A stretch of 64,000 bases of DNA from Octopus vulgaris (GCA_951406725.2 OX597823.1:109554001-109618000), one strand, 5' to 3'; shown: positions 44,282-57,154, numbered from the stretch's first letter. A program made the numbers and translations. Notes: generated by a model from the sequence alone, not told the origin.

Positions 44282-45017
44282 ATACAATCGTATTTACCCT
44301 TTCTCCTTTTAGCGATTCTAGTCGTATGAGCTGGAGCACCGCCTTAAAAGAGAGAATGTATCCCCGGGGGGCAGAAACGTGTGACACGTAACCGATGGCT
44401 TGAGGACTGCGGATTCTGATAGAGTAATCGAATGTATTAGGACATCTGGCTAATTGCCTTACATAATAATGACAGACGAGTTTATGAAGCACGTGCATGC
44501 CTTATAAAGCTTAAAATACCAATTACGCTTTCTGCTTTTATCATTATTATATATATGTTTATGTGACTATGCTTGTGTGTGTGTGTATGTGTCTGTTTGT
44601 CCGTGTGAGCGCGTGTCTATCTATTATGTCTGTGTTTGTATATATATATATCAAAGCATATTTTTACCATACATTTGTTATTATTGATTCGATTTCTTGG
44701 CATAAAAACGGTCGATCTTTGGCTAAATTTTAAACAATTCATTTGAGCAAATAAGTGACTGATACTAGTTTGATATACCGCAGAGTGATAAATTATTTAA
44801 ATGATGAATATATTATTACGGAAAAACACGTTCTAGAAACAACTCATGAAGGAAAGAGCGAGAGGAAGAGAGTGTAAGGGAGATAGAGAGGGAGAATGAG
44901 AGAGATGGGGAGGAGTAAAGATAGAGAGAAAGAGGGTGAAACGAGAAAGGGAGAGAGAGAAATTCAGAGAAGGAGGTTAGGAGAGTGATAACGAGAGTGA
45001 GAGAGATAGAGATAGAT

Positions 45018-45090
<73 letters not shown>

Positions 45091-45317
45091 TGAAATGCTT
45101 TCTTGTGGAGTAGCATAAATCATTGATGTAAAACACTTTTTCATTTTTCACGGCAAAAAATGAAAAAGAAAAAGAATTTGTTCAATTGTGTGAAATGTTT
45201 GAATTCAATTGTTCTTTTTTTTTCCCGATGCATATATTGACTAGTTACAGCACTTTGTGCTTTTTTACTGTTAAATGCTCGTTGATTGCTAAACTGAAGG
45301 GTCTTTAATATTTAGGC

Positions 45318-46340
45318 GGTTGAAGGGAGCGAGCGAGTAGAACCGTGAACGTGCCGACCAAAATGCTTTGCAGTATTTCGTCTGCGATCGACTTTGCGTT
45401 TCATCTTTTCGGAGTCGATAAAATAAGCTCCAGCCGTGTACTGGGGTCGATGTAATTGCTGTCCTTGTGAAATTTATGTCCTTGTGACAAAATTTGAAAC
45501 CAATATTTACGCGGTCGAATGCAGCGAGCTGGCAGAAACGTTAGCACGCCGGGCGAAATGCTTAGCGGTATTTCGTCTGTCGTTACGTTCTGAGTTCAAA
45601 TTCTGCTGAGGTCAACTTTACCGTTCATTCTTTCGGGGTCGATAAATTAAGTACCAGTTACGCACTGGGGTCGATATAATCGACTTAATACTTTTGTCTG
45701 TCCTTGTTTGTCCCCTCTGTGTTTAGCCCCTTGTGGGTATTAAAGAAATAGGTATTTCGTCTGCCGTTAACGTTCTGAGCTCAAATTTCGCTGAGGTCGA
45801 CTTTGCCTTTCATGCTTTCGGGGTCGATAAATTAAGTACCAGTTACCCACTGGGGTCGATGTAATCGACTTGATCCCTTTGTCTCTCCTTGTTTGTCCCC
45901 TCTATGTTTAGCCCCTTGTGGGCAATAAAGAAATAAGAAACGTTAGTACGCCGGGCGAAATGCTTAGCGATATTTTGTGCATCTTCATGTTTTAAGTTCA
46001 AATGCAACCAAAGTCTATTTTGCCTTTCACTCTTTCGGGGTCGATGAAATAATTAGCAGTTGAACACTAAATTCGATGTAATCGATTTAGCACCTCCCCG
46101 AATTTGCTGGCTTATGCTAAAATTTGAAACTGATTTTTTGGGATTGCATAAGGCTGTGACCTGGCTGAATGATAATTGCATCGGGAAAAATGTTTAGCAG
46201 CATTTTTGTCAGTCTTTCCGTTCTGAGGTCGACTTTGCTTTCATCATTTCGTTATCAATAAGAAAAGTACGAGTTGAACACTGATATCGATGTAATAGAC
46301 CTTGTCCCAAATTGCTGGCCTTGTGCCAAAATGCGAAGCC
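45318..46340 (+). mobile_element. Cluster of about five SINE family A units of mixed age
   Basis: Repeated central domains near 45400, 45625, 45810, 46025 and 46240. Confidence 0.88.
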
Positions 46341-47337
46341 AATGTTTACGCGGTTGATTTTATCTTATATTGCTTTAAATTAAAATATTCTTTAAATTTA
46401 GAACGATCCTACTTGATTTCTACTCCATTTTATTGATCCTGGGAAAATGCAAGCCAAATTTTAACTGAAACTGAAAAAAATCTTACCACTAAATTCCACA
46501 TGCATTTCATCCAACATTCTAACAATTTTACCAAACCAATTCACCGCAGTTCCTGTTCTATGTTAACTGCTTTCCACTCCGATACCATACTTGGGCCCTT
46601 ACTTTTAGCTGGACTGGTATTGTACTCATGGGAATATTGATGGCAATGATTTTCAGGCGCCTGAAGGCTGTAAACCTCAGGTTGGTCTTAATGCTTTTAA
46701 AGTATCCATTTATGTCTCACGGCTCACTGAATTTCAAACTTGGCGTTGTCTTGCCGCATTTATCTAGCGCTTGCTATGCGTTAATATTTATAAATTCTGT
46801 AAAATTTGTATCAAGATAAGCCAGTGACATCACGATAAGTTTCCGACAGTCTTCTTTCTTCTACTTTAATAAAATCGTTCTATGATGAAGGAAATCACCT
46901 CAACTATAACGTTACCTTCCTTCAAAACAACCAAGTTATCAATCTATGATTTACCATTCGCATCATATGAATCGCTTCCCAAGAAAGGTACACGTTTTAC
47001 TAGTCCTAAAGCTATATTTGGCATTTTCCACTTGCTTTGCGACTGATATTTATCGTACAGCTTTTACTGGCCTTCACCCTGTGTTAAACAATTCTGTTAC
47101 TCAGAATGGCTTAGTTGTCTCATATATAGATATAAATACATATCCAATAAACACACATACAAACGCACACATTCATACGACACATATGCACCTATACGAT
47201 AGAATTTAATACCAACCAGTATGGACAATCGGTAAACCCTCCACGGAGGAAAAGTGTGAATTAGCTGAATACCCCCAAATACATACGCAATCAGCAGAAA
47301 ACAAGCAAGCGGTAAGGCTGCAAAACCAGATACATGG

Positions 47338-47970
47338 TATCTATTTCTTAATTATCCACAAGGGGCTACACACAGAGGGAACAAACAAGGACAAACAAAC
47401 GGATTAAGTCGATTACATCGACCCCAGTGCGTAACTGGTACTTCATTTATCGACCCCGAAAGGATGAAAGGCAAAGTCGACCTTGGCGGAATTTGAACTC
47501 AGAACGTAACGGCAGACGAAATACGGCTACGCATTTCGTCCGGCGTGCTAACGTTTCTTATTTCTTTATTGCCCACAAGGGGCTAAACATAGAGGTGACA
47601 AACAAGGAGAGACAAAGGGATCAAGTCGATACATCGACCCCAGTGCGTAACTGGTACTTAATTTATCGACCCCGAAAGCATGAAAGGCAAAGTCGACCTC
47701 GGCGAAATTTCCGCTCAGAACGTAGCGGCAGACGAAATACCTATTTCTTTATTACCCCCAAGGGGCTAAACATAGAGGGGACAAACAAGGACAGACAAAA
47801 GTATTAAGACGAATATATCGACCCCAGTGCGTAACTGGTACTTAATTTATCGACCCCGAAAGAATGAAAGGCAAAGTCGATCTCAGCAGAATTTGAACTT
47901 AGAACGTAACGGCAGACGACATACTGCTACGCATTTTGCCCGGCGTGCTAACGTTTCTGCCAGCTCGTAT
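47338..47970 (-). mobile_element. SINE family A trimer
   Basis: Three reverse-complement units showing both recurrent junction types (~47555 and ~47740). Confidence 0.9.
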
Positions 47971-49095
47971 CGCTTAACGAAAACTTCATTAAACGAGTTG
48001 CTGTCTCAGCATCACGCATTACAAACTATACAGAGTAAAGATGAGCATGATCGAAGCTCCGTGGGGCCAAGATATACAGATTCTCTCCAAATGCCGCCAG
48101 GGTACAGGCAGGTAGCCGAAACTCTGGGGTGCAAGTTAGTGCAATGCATCGTCGTATTCAATGTACTTTTACACGTTACCAAGACCAGATATTGTTTTCA
48201 CCATAACTGCTTAATGCGCAGCATAGTGACGAAGATTTTATCAAGTAACACCAGGAAATAAACAAAAATATATAATATCTAAAAAAAAGTAATATGTCTT
48301 CCACAACATACAGTGGTTTATGTAACCGTGAGTGAAATCACAAGAAACAAACTGAATACATAGATCGCTATGTATTATATCTGATTGCAGATCATATTAT
48401 ACATAGTCCTCAACTAGTGGATGTTCTGTAGACAAGCTGTCTACATCATGTCTAAGAACCATTAGGTTTTCTATCATTCCTACTGGCCTTACATCTCGAA
48501 TATTTCTATGTATCATTATATTAGTTAATCATATATTCGAAGCAACTGTCATGCTAAGAGCTCTTATATTTGAGCTGTAGGATTTGAAGCAACTATTCTC
48601 CCATGGTTTGCTCCTGACCATCCTTCCATGTGACAAGTTTTTGTGAATTAACTTTTACTAATAGGAAACAGTCACTAGTGGCACAACCTAGTAAGCTCTC
48701 CACGTCACATTCATGTCTGTGTGTGTGTGCGTTTGTGTGTGTGGGGGGATAGACAGGTAGATAAACAGAGAGACAGGCAAACAGACGGATAGTTTTCGTC
48801 CACTATTGTATGTACTGATTGCTCAGTTTGGTTTACCACAACTCTGGTTTGAATTGCAATTGAAAATCGTGGTGCTGAGAATACATGTCAAAGGCGGCTA
48901 AAAGTGGTTCCTCCTTGAGCAGGTGTATATAGACTAAGAATGAAAAAACCCAAGCAATTGGCATAACTGGAAAAATATTTATTTCAGATAGAGAATATAA
49001 ATAGAGTCTCTTACAGCTGTTTCTAGAATACCCAAGCATGTGAATTATGATATTAAGTAAGAATTCCATAAGCTCAGTTTTCCACCATCGGAAAC

Positions 49096-49182
<87 letters not shown>

Positions 49183-49388
49183 TGAGAGAGATAGAGATGA
49201 GAGAGAGATGAGAGAGAGAGAGAGATGAAATGAGAAAATATTGAACTGTAGAGTATCCACAATCGAGGGTATTAGCACTTTTCAGTTTGTCGATAAATGT
49301 AGTAAAGGAATATGTTTTATGTGTGTGTATGTGTATGGGAATGTATTATTCGATGTATATACGCATACATAAATGTGTATACTCACAA

Positions 49389-49440
<52 letters not shown>

Positions 49441-50185
49441 GTATGCCGATACAGATAGTTATAGGCATATTTGTGTATATGGTATGTTCGAATGCGTATT
49501 TATGTATGTATAAATGAATACGTGGGTGTGCAAGTGCTTGCATGTGTATTTGACGTTTAGCTGTATATTAAAATGTGCAAGTATCACCATTTCCCAGACA
49601 TTCAGTAATGTTTCAGTATACCATATATTTAATGTATTCTATTTCCCATTAAACTAAATGACTTTAAGCTTTTATGGTATATACCCGCGTATTTCATATA
49701 AAAAAATAATATATCACACTTCCTATTATTATCATTTTAAAATTAATCGCAGTTCGATAGTGAAACAATCGATAAAGCAAAGTGCATATGTTTGAAAAAT
49801 TTGTACCTTTTACATATCCTAGTGTTTAATATGCCGGCTGGAACGTGCAGTCTGTAAAAATTCAGTAAAAATTCAGTTCAAACGATTTCTAACCAAATGT
49901 ACATGATGTGAAGTTCTAAATATTTTATCAGCAAATATGTACAACCATAAGCCAGGCAATATATGGATATATATCTACGCGCATATATACACACTGATGA
50001 TGGAGAAACTAGCCGAAAATTTGAAGTCACTGCCAATACCCTCCAATAAATCTGTATTCTACAAAATGTATTTTGCTACTCTTCACTTTAATGCAAATTT
50101 GTTTGCACCTTATTTGTCTACAGCGAGAAATGTTCTTATTCATTTCATTCTATTTTACTTATTTTGGGTTTATACCCATAATTAA

Positions 50186-51035
50186 TATTATTGTTATTAT
50201 TATTATTAAAGACGTTGCACAATATCCAATATCGTGATGTTGATTAAATATATTGTGTCTACAGGCTCTTTCTTCCTGCCTGTTAAGTCACAACAAGGAC
50301 CTCAGACTGCAGTTCCAAGCAATGCCAGTTTTTGAAAATACACCTTGATTATAGAGTATTTCCAATGTTTACAGATGTTTCTTCAGCTCAGGTGGTATTG
50401 AGCCCAATGCTCCGATGTCAATAGGGACAACATTTATGTTTGACTCTCGTAGCTGACACATTTTGGCGATCTCAGTTCTCGGGTCCCCATATTTATCTAT
50501 CTTTTCTCTTTCTTTCATGATAATATGTTGATCTTCTGACACTGTCACGTCGATTGTTTGGCACTCTTATTTATCCTTCCTAAATCTTATTTTATCCAAA
50601 CTTCGGTGCTTGTCTGTCAGGAAGTCAAAGTCCCAGAGCAGTTTTGCCTTCTCCTTTTTGTCTATTACCTTTTCTGGTATATGTTGGTACCAAGCACCTG
50701 TTACCTCGTATTCATACTTCCGGTATAGTAGCCAGTGAATGCTTTGCGCTACTTTGTCGTATCTGCGTGGTCCCTTCTTTTTCAGGTGATAGTGCACGTT
50801 GACTTTGCGTAGGAGTACAGAAAATGGGATCAAAGTTAAAACTAATAACAAAGGTTAACAAGATTCTCCCCGGAAGATAACTCTTTCGATTCTTACCTCG
50901 GTTCAGTGATGGTTGTTGCTAAGTGCTGGTTGTTTTCCAAATGGGCATGCTGTTCTTAATCAGTGCACACACGTTCTCAGCTATTCCACACATGTCGAGC
51001 ATTTCCAAATTCCACGAATGCAGCAACATGGCGTA
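50186..51035 (-). mobile_element. Internally deleted R4/Dong-like (RLE) non-LTR retrotransposon with (TAA)n tail
   Basis: YAMLLHSWNLEML (cf. YD.VPHSWI), IFRGES..PLLLVLTLIP (cf. GIFQGDSLSPLLF) fused to RRYDKVAQSIHW..PEKV..LLWDFDFLTDK..IDVTV..KEKEKIDKY (PD-(D/E)xK-type endonuclease region). Confidence 0.8.
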
Positions 51036-51104
<69 letters not shown>

Positions 51105-51236
51105 AAGAAGAAGAAGAAGAAGAAGAAGAAGAAGAAGAAGAAGAAGAAGAAGAAGAAGAAGAAGAAGAAGAAGAAGAAGAAGAAGAAGAAGAAGAAGAAG
51201 AAGAAGAAGAAGAAGAAGAAGAAGAAGAAGAAGAAG
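51036..51236. repeat. (TAA)n(GAA)n microsatellite
   Basis: Direct reading. Confidence 0.95.
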
Positions 51237-52825
51237 GGGAAGAGGTAAGGGAAAACTGAACCACTTGCTATTCATGGACGACCTGAAGCTATTCCCAAAA
51301 TCCTAGGCAGAACTGGACAACCTAGTCCAGTTCGTGGGGATTTTCTGCAATGATATTAAGATGGAGTTGGACTCTCAAAATGTCCTACGATGGTGATGAG
51401 ACGGAGAAAGCTTTTCAGAATAGAAGGCATACGATTGCCAAGAGGTGAAATGATGAAAGCAATTCAACCTCAGTTGAGCTTTAATTACCTGGGAATACTT
51501 GAGGCAGATGGAATCAAACACAATGACATGAACGAAAAAACAAAAAGAAAGCACCTGCGGCGAGTGAGAAAAATATTGGCTTCAAAGCTGAATGTTAGAA
51601 ACGTAATTTCGGCAATAAACTCACACACAGTCGCAGTCGTTCGGTATGGCGCTGGAAAACTGAAGTGGACAGAAGAGAAAATAAAGCATATGGACAGGAT
51701 GACAAGAAAGCTCCTAATGATGCTTGGAGCCCATCATCCACGTGTGGACACTGATCGTCTATACAGGAAGAGAGTTAATGGAGGAAGAGGACTGATAAGT
51801 GTGGAAGACTGTGTGCGTATAGAACTCTAGAACATAACGAGATTCCTAGCCCAAAGTGAGGAAACCTTGCTAGTGATATTTAGGAATGAGAGAGTATTGA
51901 GAGCAGAGAAATTAAAAAGAAAACAAAGGAAGAAGTAAAAAACGGACATGAAGAAGAATTACACAAGAAGGGACTATACAATTAATCCCGTGCAGCCACA
52001 ACAGAAGTTGCTGGAAAAATATGTGGAATTGGCTGATGACAGGAACACTAAAACAAAGAGGCTGAGATCACTATACTGGCAGCTCAATACCAAGCTTTGG
52101 CCACGAACTGGAGGGTCAATGTTAGGAATGAGCAAGTGTCTGCCCTGTATCGGGTCTGCAATAGAGTGGATGAAACCATCGTCTATATCAAGAACGAATG
52201 CCCTAGACTTGCCCAGAACCATTACACGTTGTGGCGACACAATCAGGTTGCAAAAGTGATACATTGGAGACTGCGAAAAGTGGGGTCTAGAGAGACGCAA
52301 GACGTTGTATGAGCACAAACCGCCGAGAGTGGTGAAGTCCGAGACTAGCAAAAGCCTCTGGGATTTCCCAATCCAAACAGATCAGGTGCTAGAGCATAAT
52401 AGACTGGATCAAGTAGTGGTGGACATGATGCACCACCTATGCTATATAGTGGATGATTGATGGCTATTTGACCCACAAATGGTCAAGAAGAAAGGCAAAA
52501 AGATAGGTAAATACAACTCTTTTAAGTAAGAAATAGCCCGGCTATGGAAAATGAAGAAGGTGAAGATAATGCCAACTATTGTTGGGTCCTTGGGAACAGT
52601 AACAGAAGGTATCAAAGGGAAAATAAAAGAAATTGGATTAGAGTGCCCAGATGAACTGTTGCAAAGGTTTGCCTCATTAGCACGGCTAGAATAATCAGGA
52701 AAAATATTAGATAACTGAAAAGAACAGATAGCATGGTACTGTAGGCTTTAGGTAGCAAGTCCGCTACGCATGTAAGACACCAGTGCCTTACGCATGTAAG
52801 GCTCTCAGTGCCGAAAAAATAAGTA
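51237..52825 (+). mobile_element. 5'-truncated, decayed R4/Dong-like (RLE) non-LTR retrotransposon
   Basis: LNHLLFMDDLKLF, FNYLGILE, AINSHTVAVVRY, DRLYRKRVNGGRGL, degenerate zinc knuckle YRVCNRVDETIVYIKNEC, RHNQVAKVIHW and LWDFPIQTD; stops and frameshifts present. Confidence 0.9.
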
Positions 52826-53070
52826 CATCTGCTAGAATCGACTTAATTTACTAAGTTGTCTCCCAAAATGGTCTGAGAATTGTGCGCTATAGGCGGTGCC
52901 AAATCAAATATCATTTTTCTAGTACTGGATCGGAATAAGAATTTAAATTTATTGAAACTCACTGGGTTGGAAAACAAAGTTGATATAGGTTCGATTTGAA
53001 CTCAGAATTCAATGAGCCAGAAAGAATATCCCGAGGCAATTTGTCCGGCGCACTAACGATTCTGCCAAAG

Positions 53071-53123
<53 letters not shown>

Positions 53124-53329
53124 CTGCCCAATTTGCAGCAACAGGTGAAAGGCGTGTGTGTGTAAAAGTACGTTCTACTTACTGAATTATAGCTTCGCCG
53201 AGGCGAAACGAATAAATATATAAAAATAAAAGAAAATATAAAAAATTAAAAGCGAGGTCCAATGAAAGAAAATGAATACAAAAAGAGAAGACAAAAAAAC
53301 AAAAAAAAAACAATATATAACAAACAAAC

Positions 53330-53620
53330 ATCCATAGTGGCTGTCCCATTGGTTGGTGATGTTAACAACACAAAGGAAAAACAAAATGTCTATAAATTAT
53401 GTTGCCAAGGAGAACACTCCAGTAATCACGTAATTATGTATACATGCATGTGTCATATATGTGGCGTTCGTAGGGGCTCCTGAGTGTTTGCTTGTGCGTG
53501 TGTTTTATTCAAATTGTTTATTGTTACAGCGGGCGGGCGGGGCGCATGGTAATGGAAACATGAGTGTGTTATTGGTGTGGTGTGCGATCATGTGACGTGG
53601 TGTAGAAAGGAACACAATTT
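53330..53620. promoter_or_regulatory. Possible cis-regulatory island (GC boxes, CCAAT, CRE/E-box-like motifs)
   Basis: GCGGGCGGGCGGGGCG at ~53529-53544, ATTGG at ~53348 and ~53571, TGACGTGG at ~53593, in non-repetitive sequence; motif-only evidence. Confidence 0.25.
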
Positions 53621-53741
53621 ATTGTATGTATGCAATTATAAGCAATTATTTCGAGTCGACTCCAACAGGACAGCTGATTTGTAAATTTCTATTAAAAAAA
53701 ATCAATAAAATATTGAAAAGGTAAAATAAAAAGAAAACACT

Positions 53742-53885
<144 letters not shown>

Positions 53886-54119
53886 TATGTATATATATAT
53901 ACATATATATATAATATACATATATGTATATATATACATATATAGAGAGCTAAAATGTTCTAGCAACCATTTTCCCGTTATAAACTTATCCATGCGTGCC
54001 ATCGTTTTGCGGACACACACACATATGCATGCATATGTGTGTATGTGTGAGTATGTATACGTATATGTATATGTATATATGCAAATATATAGATACGTAT
54101 ATATATACATATATATATA

Positions 54120-54165
<46 letters not shown>

Positions 54166-54211
54166 TATATACATATATATATATATATATATGCAAATAT
54201 AAAGATACATA

Positions 54212-54279
<68 letters not shown>

Positions 54280-54874
54280 GCACATACATATGCATTCAGA
54301 TATAATGAATTTCTGTCACTATACAACACTTGCCTGTTAAGGCCAATTAACCCCGAATAAAAAAAAAAAAACAAAGAGTTGCACAAATACTAAAAACAAC
54401 GAAGTGTATGCGAAATAAAGACGGCTAACATGGACGGAAAAAATGGTGGGCCTCGTGACTATGTGGTATATGAATGATGACATGATGTCAGAGCTCTAGC
54501 GGGTGTGATTAAAAAAAGAAGAAGTACAAAAACTGAGAGGGACATGTAAAGAAATATAAAAGAAATATCTAGTCTGATAGAATAATAGATGTATAACATG
54601 GATATATAGATAATTAGATAGCAGTAATATACAGAGGTGTACATATTTTCTCCACAGTAAACTAAAGCGAAATGTCCTTTACAAGTTCAAATATATTTCT
54701 TATACATCTGAACTAAAGTAAAATTTGAATATACATACATACATGCAGACGTACAAGGTACTAGGTAATGCTGAATAATTGGTGTAGACAGACCATAGTT
54801 AAGTTCTAGATTCGGTAATTTTGCGAATAAGGGGTTCAAACGTTGCTTCTATGTCAGCGTGTGTATATAAGACG

Positions 54875-54997
54875 TTTTTGCGTAATGAGATAAAAAACCA
54901 AGGGTGTGTAAATATTAAGAAACAGCTGTAAGACCTTCTATCTATAAATGTTCTAATATCTACACAGCCTTGGGTTTTTTGTCTCATTACGCAAAAA
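54875..54997. repeat. ~44 bp inverted repeat enclosing the 3' half of a hammerhead motif
   Basis: TTTTTGCGTAATGAGA..AATATTA mirrored by TAATATC..TCTCATTACGCAAAAA; loop contains GAAACAGCTGTA. Confidence 0.85.
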
Positions 54998-55016
54998 ATT
55001 CCTAGATATATATAAT

Positions 55017-55077
<61 letters not shown>

Positions 55078-55088
55078 GCATATATATT

Positions 55089-55320
55089 TGGAGGTGCCTG
55101 TCTTAGTGGTTATGGTGCTGAACTGATGATCTTAAGTGTTTGGTTTCGCTTCTTGAACTGGGTGACGCATCGTGTTCTTGCGCAAAACATTTTCGTTTCA
55201 CATTGCTCCAGTCAATTCAGCTGGCAAAAAGTGCTAACCCCACCAGGGACCAGCACAGAATTGTGCGATGGCAACCCGAAAACCGGTCCAATGAGTCTAT
55301 GTGACAAGGGAAGAAACTTT
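55089..55320 (+). mobile_element. SINE family C, decayed
   Basis: tRNA-like head and GTGTTCTTG..CAAAACA core shared with the copies at 55576 and 62081. Confidence 0.65.
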
Positions 55321-55575
55321 TCACTCAAGCACACGCAAACACACACAGACACACACATACACATACACACACACAAACACACCACACACACAAGTGTGTG
55401 TACACAGAGAGAGAGAGAGAGAGAGTATGTGTTTGAGATAGAGTGAGAGGGAGGGAGTGCGGGGACTGAGGGAAAGATTAGTAGTACGATATTAATGAAT
55501 CTAATGAAAGGCAAACGGCATCATAATTACTTCTTATATATGGTTACTAGAAAATATTGCCCCAGAATTACATTG

Positions 55576-55812
55576 AAGGCACATGGCTTAGTGGTTAGGG
55601 TGTTGGACTCATGACCGTAAGATTGTGGTTTCGATTCCTGGACCGAGTGACGCGTTGTGTTCTTGAGCAAAACACATCAGTTCACATTGCCCCAGGCCAC
55701 TCAGCTGGCAAAAAGGAGTAAACTTGCGAGGAACCGGCGTCCTGTCTCCCCACGAAAACCGGAAGACTGTCCCTTATAAGCCGGTATGACTCGAGAAAGC
55801 ACCTTTACCTTT
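55576..55812 (+). mobile_element. SINE family C
   Basis: GGCACATGGCTTAGTGGTTAG (box A), GGTTTCGATTCC (box B), CTTGCGAGGAACCGGCGTCCTGTC (V-like domain). Confidence 0.8.
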
Positions 55813-56111
55813 AAGTCATTAAATTGTCACATACAAACCCGCTCAAATCTGTTAGCACTCATCAGGCACCACCATATGGTACATAACGCATTGCATTTTA
55901 ATACAAACATATCAGCAAATGCCTAATGAGTCATTAGCTGGCCGTGCACCGAATGTCCATTGACATATTTTAGGGTTTACATTTACTTTTCATTTGAACA
56001 CAACGAAACCAGAGGCAAGCGACAACTTGAAATTACATTTGAAAAATACTATAATATCCAACCTCTTTTGCTCATTTAAGGCAAGCGATGTGCTTCTTAC
56101 TGTCTGATACG

Positions 56112-56300
56112 CTTTTACTCTTTTACTTATTTCAGTCAGTTGACTGCGGCCATGCTGGAGCACTGCCTTTAGTCGAAGAAATCGACCCCAGGACTTATTC
56201 TTTGTAAGCCTAGTACTTATTCTATCGGTTTCTTTTGCCGAACCGCTAAGTTACGGGGACATAAACACACCAGCATCGGTTGCCAAACGATGTTGGGGGA

Positions 56301-56397
<97 letters not shown>

Positions 56398-56562
56398 GAC
56401 GACGGTTTCTTTCAGTTTCCGTCTACCAAATCCACTCACAAGGCTTTGGTCTACCCGAGGCTATAGTAGAAGACACTTGCCCAAGGTGTCACGCAGTGGA
56501 ACTGAACCGAGAACTATGTTGTTGGTAAGCCAACTACTTGCCACACAGCCACTCCTGCGCCT
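56112..56562 (-). mobile_element. SINE family B, uninterrupted copy with internal (TA)n(TG)n
   Basis: Minus-strand head AGGCGCAGGAGTGGCTGTGTGG, box B-like GGTTCAGTTCC, GTGACACCTTGGGCAAGTG core, tail GACTGAAATAAGTAAAAGAGTAAAAG. Confidence 0.9.
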
Positions 56563-57154
56563 AAAATTTGAAACCTTTACTATATCTAACAGGACACGAA
56601 CCCACGATTCGCTGCTGTTCACGAATAGTACAGGAAGACGTGGGCGTTTGATCCCCTATATATATAGCTGCTAACTTACCCTGCAATCATATCTTATGAT
56701 CTTAAAAAAAAGAAAGGAACTTATTTTAAGATAGCACTTGGTAAGCATGCACTTTAATTATTGATCGCTCCAGTGAAAGCCAGCAACTAAAACACCAACT
56801 GTGATTGTTATGTCCCAAAGTTTTCTTCCTGATTATTACGACAACAGTCACAAGAAAACAACAACAATCTGGTGAATTACAAAAGACTAGAAGTTCATAG
56901 TAAAACGCACCTCAGTTCCCACTTACAGAATAACTGTTTCTTAGAAATATACCTGGACGAATAATAAAACCATATGGCCTATAACACCAAGTAAGGAAAA
57001 CGATGTCGCAAACGAGAGGGGAAAGTTGTGCTACTTCGCTAAATGTATATGATACGAAAGATTCCATATTTCAGCATTTGAATTCAGAACATTAAGCCCG
57101 TTATTCCATTCAGGAGTTCGTTTCAAATTTAGTTCTGTTTCTTTAGCGTAAGAT

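Noticed and set aside
47427-48261. ORFs with repeated RNWYLIYRPRKDERQSRP peptides
   Set aside because: Translations of antisense SINE family A units
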